DNA from: Eledone cirrhosa
Taxonomy: Eukaryota
Reading direction: 5' to 3'
DNA: 64,000 bases
NCBI GenBank assembly: GCA_964016885.1
Contig: OZ024741.1
Location: forward strand, 60,326,001 to 60,390,000
The notes under the pieces are model-generated. The model searched no databases. It worked only from the letters and a program-made list of their open reading frames with translations, and was not told the DNA's origin. Position 1 is the first letter of the stretch, and each line of letters starts with the position of its first letter. The position numbers and the translations under genes were made by a program. Shown here one piece after another: positions 1 through 13,158 of this stretch.

Positions 1-160
1 TCATAGACTCACGCCGGGATTGTGTGAGAGTAGCTGATAGGAGCGGTTGGTGTAAAAAACTATTTTTTATGTTATATTATTTACTGGATTTTATTGTAAA
101 GTCTCTGTCTATATGTCAGACCTTGTTGCTAATAAAGAAATTATCATTATTATTATTATC
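1..160 (+). mobile_element. Probable 3' end of a non-LTR retroelement (AATAAA followed by (ATT)n tail)
   Basis: aataaa at ~131 followed by ttatcattattattattat; no coding part in the window. Confidence 0.3.
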
Positions 161-161
161 T

Positions 162-358
162 AGGGCGGTGAATTGGCAGTATCGGTAGAGGGTCGGACGC
201 CATGCTTTAACGCATAGAGTTACGGCCCTTGCCATTCTGTGTTCAAATCCCGCCGAGGTTAACTTTGCCTTTCATCCTTACGAGGTCGATAAAATAAAGT
301 ACCAGTAATGTAATGGGTATTTGCTGGCCTTGTGCCAATAGTAGAAACAATTATTATT
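162..358 (+). mobile_element. tRNA-derived SINE, family A (Meta-domain-like core)
   Basis: A-box-like TGGCAGTATCGG, B-box GTTCAAATCC, core gcctttcatccttacgaggtcgataaaataaagtaccag, (ATT)n tail; many dispersed copies in the window. Confidence 0.85.
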
Positions 359-387
359 ATCTTCAGTATCTTTATATTTAATCATAT

Positions 388-727
388 TAAAGGTAAAGGT
401 AAAGACCCTTCTTCGGTCACGAATGACCTTGGGATATGAACCTAAAAAGGCACAAGTTGGGGCAAGGTTGATTTTTGAAGACCAGTAGTCGCCCATGCAT
501 ACCAACCTCACTTCTTCACGCCACCGATGTTGCCCAAGGAAAAAGCAAAGGCCGATACTGTTTGGCACAAGTGACGTTGCAACTCATTCATGCAATTGAG
601 TGAACTGGAGCAACGTGAAATAAAGTATTTTGCTCAAGAACACAACGCAAAGTTCGGTCCGAGAATAAAACTCACAACGTCACGATTGTAATCCCGATTC
701 TCTAATCACTAAGCCATGCGCCTTCAC
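388..727 (-). mobile_element. tRNA-derived SINE, family B (CORE-like), (ACCTTT)n tail
   Basis: Minus strand gtgaaggcgcatggcttagtgattag head, tgtgttcttgagcaaaatactttatttcacgttgctcc core, accttt tail; dispersed copies. Confidence 0.8.
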
Positions 728-1060
728 GCGGAATCATATTATTTCTATTAATATTAGTTTCTATACATGTTAACTGGAAATTATTGAGGTATTCTATAAA
801 GAAATTAGTCTCCTGATTTTTTTCATTGCAAGAATTTGTACTTCCCACTTCACATAATGATGGAATTGGTTATTTTATTCTTCTTGCATACATTTCGTTG
901 CATATCAAGAAAATGTCGTCACGCGTTAGCATTATGTTTATCTATATTTCAAAGCAATATTGTGTTGTAATAATTTTGAAATATATATATCTGCATCTAC
1001 GGATTTACATTTCTCAGTTTCAGAAGATCCTGCTTTAGGGTGAAATCGGAAATTGCTTAT

Positions 1061-1210
<150 letters not shown>

Positions 1211-2527
1211 TTGAAAAAGAGAACAATGGCTGCACTTGTGGTTGGTGTTCTTTAACAATTCAAATGTGTTCAGTAAGTATTTATTGTTATTAGTTCTGGT
1301 TATAGATATGTGCAGGTATATGTATATGTTACTTTCAAATGTATGATAGGCTGTGATACTTAGATTACATCAACGAGCAATCCCCCAAAGTAACATATGC
1401 CAGCTTACAATAGATGAACTTTTAAATCAACTCCATTGTGTTTACAACAAATGTTGAACGACCGACATCACACACACTGTCCGTCTTGAATCTCATATGT
1501 GATGGGTCAAACTACTCTTCATTTATTGTATGAGTATTTTCATTCCCTATCAATGTTAAAAGCTACTTTATCAATGAAGATTGTTAGATCTAGGCTTATA
1601 TTATGACGGAATTCTTAAATAATTTATCATCTAACTCCTGCATAGCTTAAAATTGCTTTCATATTTCGCAATCTGATAAGTGGCAATTTCATTGCTGTAA
1701 TGATATTTTAGCTCTCTGTCCTTGAGTGACTATTAAATAAATACACGCCGGCTCTAAAGTTTTGCCTCGTTCTAAAGAATAAATCGATACCAGTTTTTCA
1801 TTTCGTTACATAGGTGATCAACAATGCTTAATGATCAATTTGATTAATATTCATGCAATAAGGTTCGAATATCCAAGAGATTAGTTCTTTATTTTTATCT
1901 ATTGATACGCTGTTTAGTTTGAAGTAGAAGTGCTTCCATGTTAGTGCTTATTATAGAGGTTACAAATATACAACACATCCATCGTCAGCTCTGACCATAG
2001 CAAATAAATAATACTGCAAAATCTGAAAATCTAAAAGCCTGGTATTACATTCTTTTTTTATGCATCATACACATACCCCCCCCCCCCCCACATATATATA
2101 TTATTGTTTCTACTTTTGGCACAAATATTTATATATATATTATATTGGTATATATGAAATATGTTTCACAGACACACACTCACATTAAAATGTAGAATTA
2201 TCGATTTATGTATATTTAACATGAAAGGGTATAATTGCTGGGGATTGAAGTACACTATATATACTTGTGTTAAAGGATGTTTCCAAATTGGTAGCTGGGG
2301 ATGTTAATAGGAACAATATTAGGGTAATAAGGAAAGAGTATTCGGCGTCATGTTTAATTATCAATTTTCATATGGTACCTTAAAGATAACGCAGGAGGGA
2401 GTTAATACATCTATAATACAGCAGGAAAGCAAGATTTAAGAACAGTCTAATTGCTCAGTAGCCATATAGCAATATAATGACTATTGCGTAATTAAAGAAG
2501 TTATGAAATCTGCCTTCGTGCTGGATC

Positions 2528-2585
<58 letters not shown>

Positions 2586-2591
<6 letters not shown>

Positions 2592-2772
2592 GGTAAACAG
2601 AAATAACAACACAATCGGTACAGTATATGTAAGAGATATATTAGATTAACGGTTGATATAGCAGGAAGAGGGTATTAACATTTCGGACGCTAGTCCTTCA
2701 TCAGCAGGAAAAGAGTCAGTCCTATTACCCACTCTACTACCCTGAGTATTGAGTACACCCTGGTGTACTCTT
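2586..2772 (-). mobile_element. Short PLE-terminus fragment with minimal HHR-like core, joined to an opposite-strand fragment of a second family
   Basis: Minus CTGATGA-aggac-tagc-gtcc-GAAA-tgtt at ~2677-2704; related copies at 20520-20600 and 20700-20830; 2723-2765 matches 60336-60378. Confidence 0.6.
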
Positions 2773-3299
<527 letters not shown>

Positions 3300-3338
3300 G
3301 TAAATATACACGGGTGTGTATGATTGTGTATAGAAGAT

Positions 3339-3721
3339 TATATTAATAAGAGGAATTCCAACTTTGTCTGATTTACTCGTTTTATTTACAATCCTTTCAA
3401 ATATATAATGGTATTATAATGAAATAGTATGATAGAATATTAAATTCTAAGTGTTAATTGAACAAGTACTTTCATCGTTTCGCAATCTTCAGGTTCATAA
3501 TATGTGGTGACAGTCAAGTTTGCAATTTTCAACAGTTGAAAATTGCAAACTTGACTGTCACCACATATTATGAACCTGAAGATTGCGAAAGCATGAAAGT
3601 ACTTGTTCAATTAACACTTAGAATTTAATATTCTATCATACTATTTCATTATAATACCATTATATATTTTAAAGGATTGTAAATAAAACGAGTAAATCAG
3701 ACAAAGTTGGAATTCCTCTTA

Positions 3722-3729
<8 letters not shown>
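3339..3729. repeat. Near-perfect palindrome (195-bp arms, centre 3534) made of the 3' terminus of the PLE family at 35771-39025
   Basis: Arms are reverse complements with ~3 mismatches; the arm matches 35773-35957. Confidence 0.95.
3571..3609 (+). ncRNA. Minimal type-I hammerhead ribozyme motif
   Basis: tgaac-CTGAAGA-ttgc gaaa gcat-GAAA-gtac-TT-gttca; stem I tgaac/gttca; palindromic helix III AAGTACTT. Confidence 0.75.
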
Positions 3730-3780
<51 letters not shown>

Positions 3781-3781
3781 T

Positions 3782-3816
<35 letters not shown>

Positions 3817-3873
3817 ATATATATATTAACCACGAACTGGATCACAAAAAGCAATTTTCTGCTTCCCTAACTG

Positions 3874-3977
<104 letters not shown>

Positions 3978-4186
3978 TACATATACATATATACATATAT
4001 ATATATATATTTATATATATATATATATATACATATGGTTATACTTTGGGAGGGTCATGTTGCCAATAAGAAACACACGCACCATAGCTTTCACTCTAAT
4101 TTATTATAAATTAAATTAATAAATTTAAACATTTATAAAGTTCCGGTTGGTTGGCTGGTTCCACAACCGGACGGTTGTTCATATTT

Positions 4187-4229
4187 TGTCAAAGTTCTTT
4201 CGTCAAATATTCTATGACCCTTCAGTGAC
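4187..4229 (-). ncRNA. Hammerhead motif in the 3' UTR of PLE-A (A9->G variant)
   Basis: gtca-CTGAAGG-gtca tagaatatt tgac-GAAA-gaac-TT-tgac. Confidence 0.6.
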
Positions 4230-7084
4230 TGGGGATTCTTCTCTTTGCTTTATGCCTCTCCGTTGTTCTGTCCTACGCCATCTTGTTTTTGTGTGTGTTG
4301 TGTGCTTAGGTTGCGCATGTGTTACATCCGGGTGTGTGTGTGTGTTTTTATTTGTTTATTTATTTGTTTATTTACATGTTACTGGTTGGTTGTTTGTTAT
4401 ATGTGCGTGTGTGTTTTCATTTTGTCCTTAATTGTAAGTGGTGATGTTGCTATTCCATTCATGTTTTCTATTTAATTTTGGTTGGAGTTCATTTATGTTG
4501 ATTGCCTCTGTGATTTGTCTAAACATTGCGTCTTTTCTGTGTGTAGATTTTATTTTTATTTCTATGTTCTCTAATATGCCCTTATGTTCTATTTTAGCAT
4601 GTTGGTGGAGTAGTGATGATTCTTTTCTATCTTGAAGCTCTTGCCAGTGTTCATTTAATCTCCTATTCTATGAGCTGTCTCATCTATGTAAACTATATTC
4701 TTATCTTTACATTGTCCTTCAGTACATCTTATGCTACATAATATGTTTCTCGTTTTACAGTTAATATGGGGGCTTAGTTTACAGATTATGCATGTCTTAT
4801 CTATAAAGAGAGGTCTTTGAAAAGGGTTTGTATTACTAAAAAGTGTTTTTTATGGAGGTACCTGGTCTTTCTACTATCTTAATATTTAGTTTAAGTTTAT
4901 CTAGGCCCCTTTTAAACGTGTAAGCTAATTCACCTCTAGGGGTTGTATTGATGAACATTACACGCTGGTATTTATTGCTATCATACCATGAGTTTATTCT
5001 ATTAACCTTATTCCTAGTTCTTTCTATTCTATTCCAAAATTTGCTCCTGTACAAGGGACAGGTCCCATTTGTATCATTATTTACAATTTTTTTCCTATTT
5101 GGTTCTGGCTCCTCTGATTGTAACCAGAGAACTGCATACGGTGGATGAAGTGTTGTATGTGTCTCTCTAGTTCTTTGGGGTTGCACACGCGGGACACCTT
5201 TCTCATCACCCGTACTAAATGCGCAATCAGTAAGTTGATTTTTGTTTCATCCGAAACAGCTGAGTTTCGGTGGATCAGATATTTGGAAGTCATGGGTTTG
5301 GCATAATGGGAATGGAGGATTTGTTTTTTGTTATTAATGGTTTCTAATCAGAGCTCTCTGTCTAGTACAGGTAATCGATGATTGGGGTGTTTGCTTGGGT
5401 AATCTATAGTAACTCTAATACTCTGGTGGATGGAGTTAGCTATTTGCTGGATGCTTTCCATGGTGTTTTTCTCTAATTCCTGACTGTTCTCTAGTGTGGG
5501 TGTTTTTACTACGATGTTTATATCATCAACGTAGCGAGAGTACATTATCAGGTTTAAGAGGTTGATGTCTTCTAATTGATTTTTTTAAGTTTATTGTCCC
5601 ACCATACCATGAATAGGTTATCTATGTCACCTGCAATGCTAACACCAATGGCTGCTCCCTCTTCTTGTGCATATGCTTTTCCATTAAATTTGAACATATG
5701 TTCATTAAGGGTTAGTTTTATACAGGCCCCCACCGCATGTGCAATCATTTTCTTTAATTCATCATGGTTTTCGGGAGTCCGTATGGCTCTGGTCCACCCG
5801 TTCCATCTTTTTGTGTCGGTTTTCTTTGCCATTGAGGTAATGGTAGGTGGTCTGCCTCTTGCTGGGCTTGTGGGGAAGGGGTTGCTAAGGTCATACGTAT
5901 CTAGATTATCATTACTATAAGTAAGTTTATGTAGGAGTCCCAGCTCAATGGTATCAATCCCACGGAATTCAACATTGCTCTCACTGATCATTTCTACGCA
6001 TTTCTCCACAGCAACATCCACGTCAATGGATGGGTATAGGGACACAACATCCATACTACCTATTATACAGTCTGTTAGGTCCTTAGATCGGTTATTTTCG
6101 CTGATTCTGCTGAGGAGGTCCTCCGTGCTGTCACATATATCCTGGGACATTTCAATTACGGGGCGTACGATCAGGGAGATGAAGTAGGAAAGTCTGTAGT
6201 TACTAGCAATGTTAGCTCCACAGACTGGCCGTGTTGGTGGTCCTGTGACTGGGTCACTGTTCGTCTTATGGTCTTTTCGAAGCCCATACAATGCTGGTAC
6301 GTCATTGTTTCAGGCCTGGAAGTTGTTGGCAGTCCGTTTATTGGGCTGCATTATGTTTGTCCACATCATCATATGAGCATTGAGGGTTCTCTCCCTATCC
6401 CCATTCTCTTGTGGTGTTACTTCTCTTGTGTTAGTGATGTGGGGTTGCATTGCCTGGATGTAGTTTGACAGACTATCAACCGACATTCTGCCAGACTTGT
6501 ATGTTGGAAAGCATGCAATCTCTCCATTACGTAAGCGCTGCATGAGTTTACGCAAGCCATTTGCAGATTTTTCTCCCAGTTGCTGGGCCTCCATTCTATT
6601 TTGCCTCTTGCTATACTGTTCTATAATATTTCTAAGTTTAGATCTAGATATATTAAATTGTGCCTCTGTTTGTTCATCGGCCTGCGACGGCAATTGCGTG
6701 CGTTTGTTAAAAGCTAAATCGTGGCGTGGACTCGTCGTAGGTCGAAGGACATATCGGAAGGATTATAAAAAGTAGAATTGCAGGCGTTATGTGTTCTATT
6801 GCTATTATTATTGTTAATTGTGTTGTTTCTATTTCTATTTCCACCAACAGCCTCATGGTTGTTTCTATGTCGCTCATTATTACTCCTGTCTCTTTCCTCT
6901 GGCTCATTGTTATTATCTACTCTATTTTGTGTGTCTGTGTGTTCGTCCTGGTTATTTTCTCTGTCAGTATCGATAGTCTCCCTTCTTCTTTCAATCCTAT
7001 TACTTTCCCTTACTTCTGTGTTACTCTCATTATCTGTTTTCTGTGTCTGTGTGTCTGTTAAGATTGTGGTGGCGGTGAGGGGCA

Positions 7085-7353
7085 TAGGATGTGTGTTGTT
7101 GTTGTTGTTGATGTGTGTTGTTGTTGTTATTGTTGTTGTTTCTGTGTATGTTGTTATTATTATTGTGTGTGTTGTTGTTGTTATTGTTGTTTGTGTCGGT
7201 GTGTCTGTTGTTGTTGTCTCTGCGTATGTTATTATTGTTGTTGTGTGTGTTGTACTGGTTATCGTTGTTTGTGTCTCTGTGTCTGTTGTTGTTGGGGTGT
7301 GTTGTGTGTGTGTATGTTGTTACTTTTGTTTTTGTTTTTGTTGTTGTTGTTTT
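7085..7353. repeat. Degenerate (GTT)n/(AAC)n low-complexity tract inside the PLE-A N-terminal region
   Basis: Direct reading. Confidence 0.85.
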
Positions 7354-7994
7354 TGAGGCTCCAACGTAATTTTGTAAATTATTTTTCTATTTCTGACAAG
7401 CATCTTATCATATTTACCTTATTATATGTGGCACATTTAGGTGGTAGCTGTAATATGGATAGTTCTTCAGGGTCTACTGTAGTGTTTCCGTATATATTTG
7501 TGTTGTTGTCGTTGAATTCATCCGTTAATGAGATGTAGGCCATGTTTATACCATCAATCTTATCTGGATATTTATCTCTATTCTCTGAAGTTTCTTGGTT
7601 TAGTTTCATCTGTTTGAGCCACGTTAATTTCTTGTTAAAGTGTTTGTTGCATTCTTGGATGATGTTCTTTTCTTCTTCGTGTATAATGTTTATGTATTCT
7701 AATTTTTTTCTTGGTGTGGGGATCTTAGTTATCTCTTGTATTAGGTTACGCTTATGTTTTTCTTGATGACTTAATTCTCTGTAAATCTTTTTTATGTTTA
7801 GAATTAGTGTTCGTTTTAGCCTATCTGCTTATATTTTGGTAAGTTGTAACCTTCTTACATCGGTGTTGTTGGTGTTGGTGTTGGTGTAAACACGAGATGA
7901 GGCACATTATTTTATGAAGTGTAGTTGTCGAGATGTTATTGTTTTTCGTAGACAATAGTACATGGTGGTTTTCAATATGTTGTTAGCCTGGCGA

Positions 7995-8051
7995 AGGCTT
8001 ACGATATTTCGTTTCTGAATTTGTTTAGCAAGATTCTTTATCTGAAAACCT
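7995..8051 (-). ncRNA. Degenerate hammerhead at the 5' end of PLE-A
   Basis: ggtttt-CAGATAA(2 core changes)-agaatcttg ctaaa caaattca-GAAAC-gaaatatc-GTA-agcc; helix III ACGA/TCGT. Confidence 0.4.
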
Positions 8052-8167
8052 GTCTTGAAACCGATATTGTTATACTTTGGGAGGGTCATGTTGCCAATAA
8101 GAAATACACGCACCAGTTGCTTTCACTCCAATTTATATATATATGTATATATATATATATGTGTGTG

Positions 8168-9030
8168 AAAACAATGAAATTAAACAAAATACTGGTAATT
8201 CATAGTAAAACTCATTATTTTACGATCGTTTCTGGAGGGTAGTTCTCCGTATGTTCATTCTATTAGTGATCTATGTAAAATATATTACAAATTATCAAAG
8301 TAAGAAAATATACATACGTCTTCCCTACTCACCGTCTTCAGAAATTATGAGTTTTGTTTATTGAAGAATATAAAAACATGTATGAATAAGTAACCTTTGA
8401 AGAACAAGGTTGAGATTGACCAATAGTAAAATTAGGAAGGGGCAATATGGATCATTAAGCTGGTAGTAGTAGATGAATAAATTAGCAGTCAGGGGATGAG
8501 GTTTCGAATGACCTTTAAGAAAAGAAAAGAAAGTTGCGAGAGTAAAGGAATTTAGACATATTGTATAGAAAAGTGTGGACGGTCAAGGAAGATTAAAGTG
8601 GAGAAAAAGGGGTACAGATATCAGTGTTATATCGAGTGGAATAGTATATAACTATCCTAAATATTTGTTATTTTTTTGTTCAAGAGGAATAATTTGTTCT
8701 AAAAATAGAACAAGTAGAGGAATATAGATGGAACCAAAGAAAAGTAAAATTTAGATTAAAAAAATATAGGTAAGAAAATAATAAAATTTGTGTAAGTATT
8801 GTATTGTGTTAGAGTGGTCAGAATGAAGTTTTCATTGTAGGGAATTTTATTTTCGAATAATAAATCTCATTAATAATCTGGTTTTCGTAATAGGTTTAAA
8901 TGCATGTCTGTTAAAGTTTTGTTAGAGTGTTGAATATAATGTAATATATAGTGCTCATTAATAGTTAATTATTTAAAACAGTTATAGGGATGAGATATAG
9001 GATTGAATCTATGGATTAATTCTAATAGCA
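8168..9030 (-). mobile_element. 3' UTR/pLTR remnant of a diverged member of the PLE-B/D family
   Basis: Reverse complement resembles 18000-18240 and 54890-55140 (ctattggtcaat...caataaacaaa...atttctgaaga). Confidence 0.7.
8207..8355 (-). ncRNA. Hammerhead with ~100-nt helix-II insertion
   Basis: aaaactcataattt-CTGAAGA-[102 nt]-GAAAC-GATC-GTA-aaataatgagtttt; long stem I. Confidence 0.75.
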
Positions 9031-9191
9031 AAAAATATATATACACACACACACACATATATATATCGTTGAAATTTTGTATTTTAAACTTTGCTTAATG
9101 ACATCTTCTACATACGGATTACATTGAGTTCTTCATACGGCTTGGACCCTAACATTAATTGGTGGATTTATCTGTATATATGTATATATAT

Positions 9192-9232
<41 letters not shown>

Positions 9233-10537
9233 CAGGGTGTTCGGGATAAATTTGACAGAATAATATTTGGTTGTTTTTTCAGATGTTTTAAATTCATTCA
9301 TGCCCACTAGGCTTTATTTGAAAGTTTAAACCCTCCTTCATTCATATATGTGATGACAACGAGAATGGATGACTGGGAGCCACCTGAATCATGGAAGAGA
9401 ATAACTTGTATCATGATGATTCGCGCCGGCCATCAAAATAAGGAGATTATGGTCGCTGCTCAATGCTCCCTGAACACTGTAAAAACAATCCGGCATGAAC
9501 TGGAGAATTGTAATGGAGACTACGAGGCTGTGGCTAGAAGAAAGAAACATAACAGAAGATCTGATTGCTCTCGCACAGCAGAATTCATCGAAAATCTGCA
9601 GAAAAAAGTGTTGGAGGACCCTGGCATCGGAATTCGGTCTTTGTCGCGTGAATTGAATGTTTCAGCCTCTACTATAAAAATTGCACTCAATGAAGACCTT
9701 CGCTACTACTCATACAAACGTCGCAGATCAACTTCTCACAGAAAAGGCCCGCGAAAATCGTCTGACAAAGGCGAAGAAACTTCTGAGCAAAGTGAAACAT
9801 CCTGCTGAAGCACAAACAATCTGGTTCTTTTCCGATGAGAAAAACTTTTGTCAAGATGAAAAACACAACACGCAGAATAACAGATGACTTGCATACAGTC
9901 CAAAGGACACTCCTCAAGTCATGCAGACTAAATTTTCCCAAACTGTCATGGTTTTGGGATGTGTGTCCTCCGAGGGTGATGTGATGCCTCCGCATTTTTT
10001 CAAACAGTGTCTCAGGTTGAATTCAGATGCCTACGTGGAATTGCTAACCACTGTAGTTAAGCCCTGGATAACAAGGGTAGCCAATAATAGGCCGTATGTA
10101 TGGAAGTAGGATTCGGCCCCCTGCCACACCTCGGGGAAAAGTCAAAAATGGTTGTCAGCCAATTTTTACGACTACACCAGTCCCAATGTTTGGCCTCGGA
10201 ACTCCCCTGATCTTAACCCGATGGACTATTATGTATGGGGCGCTGTAGAGAAAGACACCAATCGCCGTGCCAGTACTACAAAAGCCCAGTTAATCGACAG
10301 AATTAAAGTAGTCTTTGAGGGCCTTCCCAGGGAAAGTGTAAAACCAGCTTGCTCCAGGTCCCGGGCCCGGATTGAGGCTGTAATAGACGCTAATGGCGGT
10401 TATTTTGAGTCAAACTCTTTGACAATAGTGTAATTTCCTTGTCCATTGAATTTCTTTTAAATCAAATAAATTTTGTAGATACCAAGCACTTTTTTCTTTT
10501 TCCTGATGAAACTGTCAAATTTATCCCGAACACCCTG
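9233..10537 (+). mobile_element. Tc1/mariner DD37D (maT) transposon, copy 1 (1305 bp)
   Basis: 26-bp TIRs cagggtgttcgggataaatttgacag, TA flanks, transposase motifs FFSDEK, DSAPCH and SPDLNPMDY with 37 aa between D2 and D3. Confidence 0.95.
9350..10433 (+). pseudogene. DD37D transposase pseudogene (frameshift ~9725, stops at 9885 and 10107)
   Basis: Split ORFs 9350-9808, 9681-9887, 9921-10109, 10152-10433. Confidence 0.9.
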
Positions 10538-10619
10538 TATATATATATATATATATGTATATATATGTATATATATATATGTATATATGTTTATATATAT
10601 ATATATATGTATATATATC

Positions 10620-10721
<102 letters not shown>

Positions 10722-11384
10722 TATATAACATTTAATTTATTTTTATTACCAATGGGTAGAACTGGTGGTTCTGGTAGGCAAACCATAATGTAACAAATCA
10801 TCAAAGTGCTCAATGTTGTGCAGGTCATCCATCGTAGAGGTGGTATCCGGTGCTTAGTGCAAGAACGGATGTATATCCAAGGAAAATATGTATGTATGCG
10901 CGTGTCTGTGTGTGTTGAAAACAAAAGGTGAAGTTTAGTGTTTAATTAGGTCCTTGCTTTGCAATTATTTCAGAAGCTTAATTGATCATGATAAATAAAT
11001 ATTGGACCAAAGAATGAAGAAAAAAAAATGATTTATAATCAATGGTGAAAAATGAGTTAAAAATTAAAAAAAACGAGTTAAAAATAAAAAAAAATATGAT
11101 ACAACAAATGAGAAAGAATATTGGAAATTAGATTGGTAAACGGTACATCATGTAGAATCTATATTAAGAGACACTTGAAAAAATAAAATAGAATAATAAT
11201 AAATAGATAGAGTCTTTGGTTGTTTATTACCACATGTTGATTCTATCTTTCATCGAGTTAATTTCTATTGCCTTATCAAGTTCTAAGAAATAGCACTGAC
11301 ATTCACCACTTACACTACTTAATATATGGTTGACCATTTACACTACACATGCATACATACACACGCATACATACACACTTAAAC

Positions 11385-12160
11385 AGAGAGAGAGAAATTG
11401 AAAGTTACCAGTATAGATTAGTAAGAGACCATGTTCAGCTAAGTACTCGATACTTGGGAAAGTAGAGTGTATGAATAGGGAAAAAGTGCCCGACGGCTGA
11501 GCTCATGCCGTTTCAACGGTGAGTGAATAACTGAATTATTTGTCCATTTACAGCGATTTCCTTAGGGATGGGGATCAATTTTGATTGACGTGTGGGGTAA
11601 ATTGAGAAAACAGTGTAATTGGGAGAGAGTGATAAATTACAGGGTTAAATAGGGGGAGGCTTTGGTCGATATTCTCATATCACAAAGAGTCTGTTTTGAT
11701 ATCTGTGTCCGTATGTACAGAGGCGCCCCTATGCGGGATCTTTTATTTATGTAATATTCATCTTCTTTTAGGTGTGTGTGTATGTATGTGTGTGGCATGC
11801 CTGTGTGCTGCTTACGTGTCCTATTCAGGATCAGTGTTTAAGTGTGCCTGTATGTGGGTACAGGCGTGTATGCGTGGGTGTTCGTCCGCGTCTTTTACTA
11901 GTTGTGTTTTTGCTATGTGGCGATCGACCAGTGCGCTGGATATGGTTGACATTGGGGTAGGAAAAATGGATAAGTTTACAACCAGGAAGGAATCAACGAT
12001 GCTGATACAGTGGGAAAAAGAGGTCAGAAGATTCTGGTGGTGGGTGAGTTAAAGGCTTCTTCCTCTTCTTCTTGTTCCATTCCATTTATTTCTGCGAGGG
12101 TCGAGGGCGGACAGAATCCTCAGACAATCCTTCCAGCGAGTCCTGTCAGAAAAAAACGTC

Positions 12161-12162
<2 letters not shown>
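11385..12162 (-). mobile_element. Decayed PLE 3' fragment with degenerate HHR (11488-11566) and bulged hairpin (11443-11469)
   Basis: Minus GAAAC-GGC-atgagctca-GCC-GTC-ggg, same family as 60283-60334; the upstream core reads CTAAGGA. Confidence 0.55.
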
Positions 12163-12241
<79 letters not shown>

Positions 12242-12409
12242 GTAGAACACTGGTTGGTGATATCCGTAGTAGTTGAGCACTCAGTCCATGGCACAAGTTT
12301 CGAAGAAGTAGTTCCACAACAGCTAGTTCACCATACCGGGAACAATTCTTTCAGCTTCCGAGTTTATGATCCGAATAAGGTGAAACTATTTTTCTCGGTT
12401 GTGGAACTA

Positions 12410-12495
<86 letters not shown>

Positions 12496-12596
12496 AAAAA
12501 TGGAGTGCTGCGTGGTTGCACATCGGTTACATATGAATAAAATTAGTCCTTCATCAGTGATCTTCCAATCTTCATTGGTATTTCATCGCTTTAAAA

Positions 12597-12692
<96 letters not shown>

Positions 12693-13100
12693 AGCGATTT
12701 TTTTAATTATTTTGAATGTGACAAAACCGACCATCTATCGCTTGTATACAGGAAACTGACTGGCCAGTATCGCTTGAAATAGCAGGAAAAAGTCCTTCAT
12801 AAAAAAAAAGCGTTAGAAATAGAAGATAAATAGAATGATAGAGAGTAAGAAGGGGAAGGGACTGGGGAAATGACAAAAAAAAGGTCAAAAATCATTTTAT
12901 CTAGCACTCCAGCAACTCTGCCAAACTTTTGACCTTCAGCTACCATAATGCAAGCTAATGAGGTCGCTCAATCTACTTAAAATAGCAACTATATCTACCA
13001 GGAAACATGGCATTAAAATGCTTCTTCTTGTATTTCAGCAGGATTTGAAGTAAGGTAGAGATGTAAAATAATAATAAGAATAATAACAAAAAAGTTGAAC

Positions 13101-13158
13101 CTGCCACTTCCACATATATATCATAGCAAGCAGTCTTTTAGGGATCAGGTCCATCCAT
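13101..13158 (-). pseudogene. Isolated exon-like fragment resembling SWI/SNF subunit SMARCD/BAF60
   Basis: Translates MDGPDP*KTACYDIYVEV, close to the SMARCD motif KKTACYDIDVEV; polypyrimidine+AG upstream, GC/GT donor-like downstream; in-frame TAA. Confidence 0.55.

Larger units (their letters stand above)
4038..8135 (-). mobile_element. Penelope-like retroelement A (decayed RT + GIY-YIG) with 66-bp terminal direct repeats
   Basis: Minus ORF pieces: YGLRKDHK, PTRPVCG, SMDVVSLYPSI, YAQEEGAAIG, YSRYVDDI, LPVLD; C-terminal Cys-rich nuclease remnant ~4440-4850; repeat 4038-4103 = 8069-8135; flanked by (TA)n. Confidence 0.9.

Noticed and set aside
162-255. tRNA-like A and B boxes here and in other copies
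   Set aside because: SINE heads with attached core and tail and no intact cloverleaf; not tRNA genes.
1017-1053. Very degenerate HHR-like strings (also ~12545, ~59520 and ~60027)
   Set aside because: Too many core or stem mismatches to call without a family consensus.
6778-7538. Cys-rich and hydrophobic plus-strand ORFs resembling metallothionein or membrane proteins
   Set aside because: Antisense readings of the (AAC)n-rich N-terminal region of PLE-A.
10503-10512. CTGATGAAAC beside the maT TIR
   Set aside because: No room for helix II; subterminal transposon sequence.
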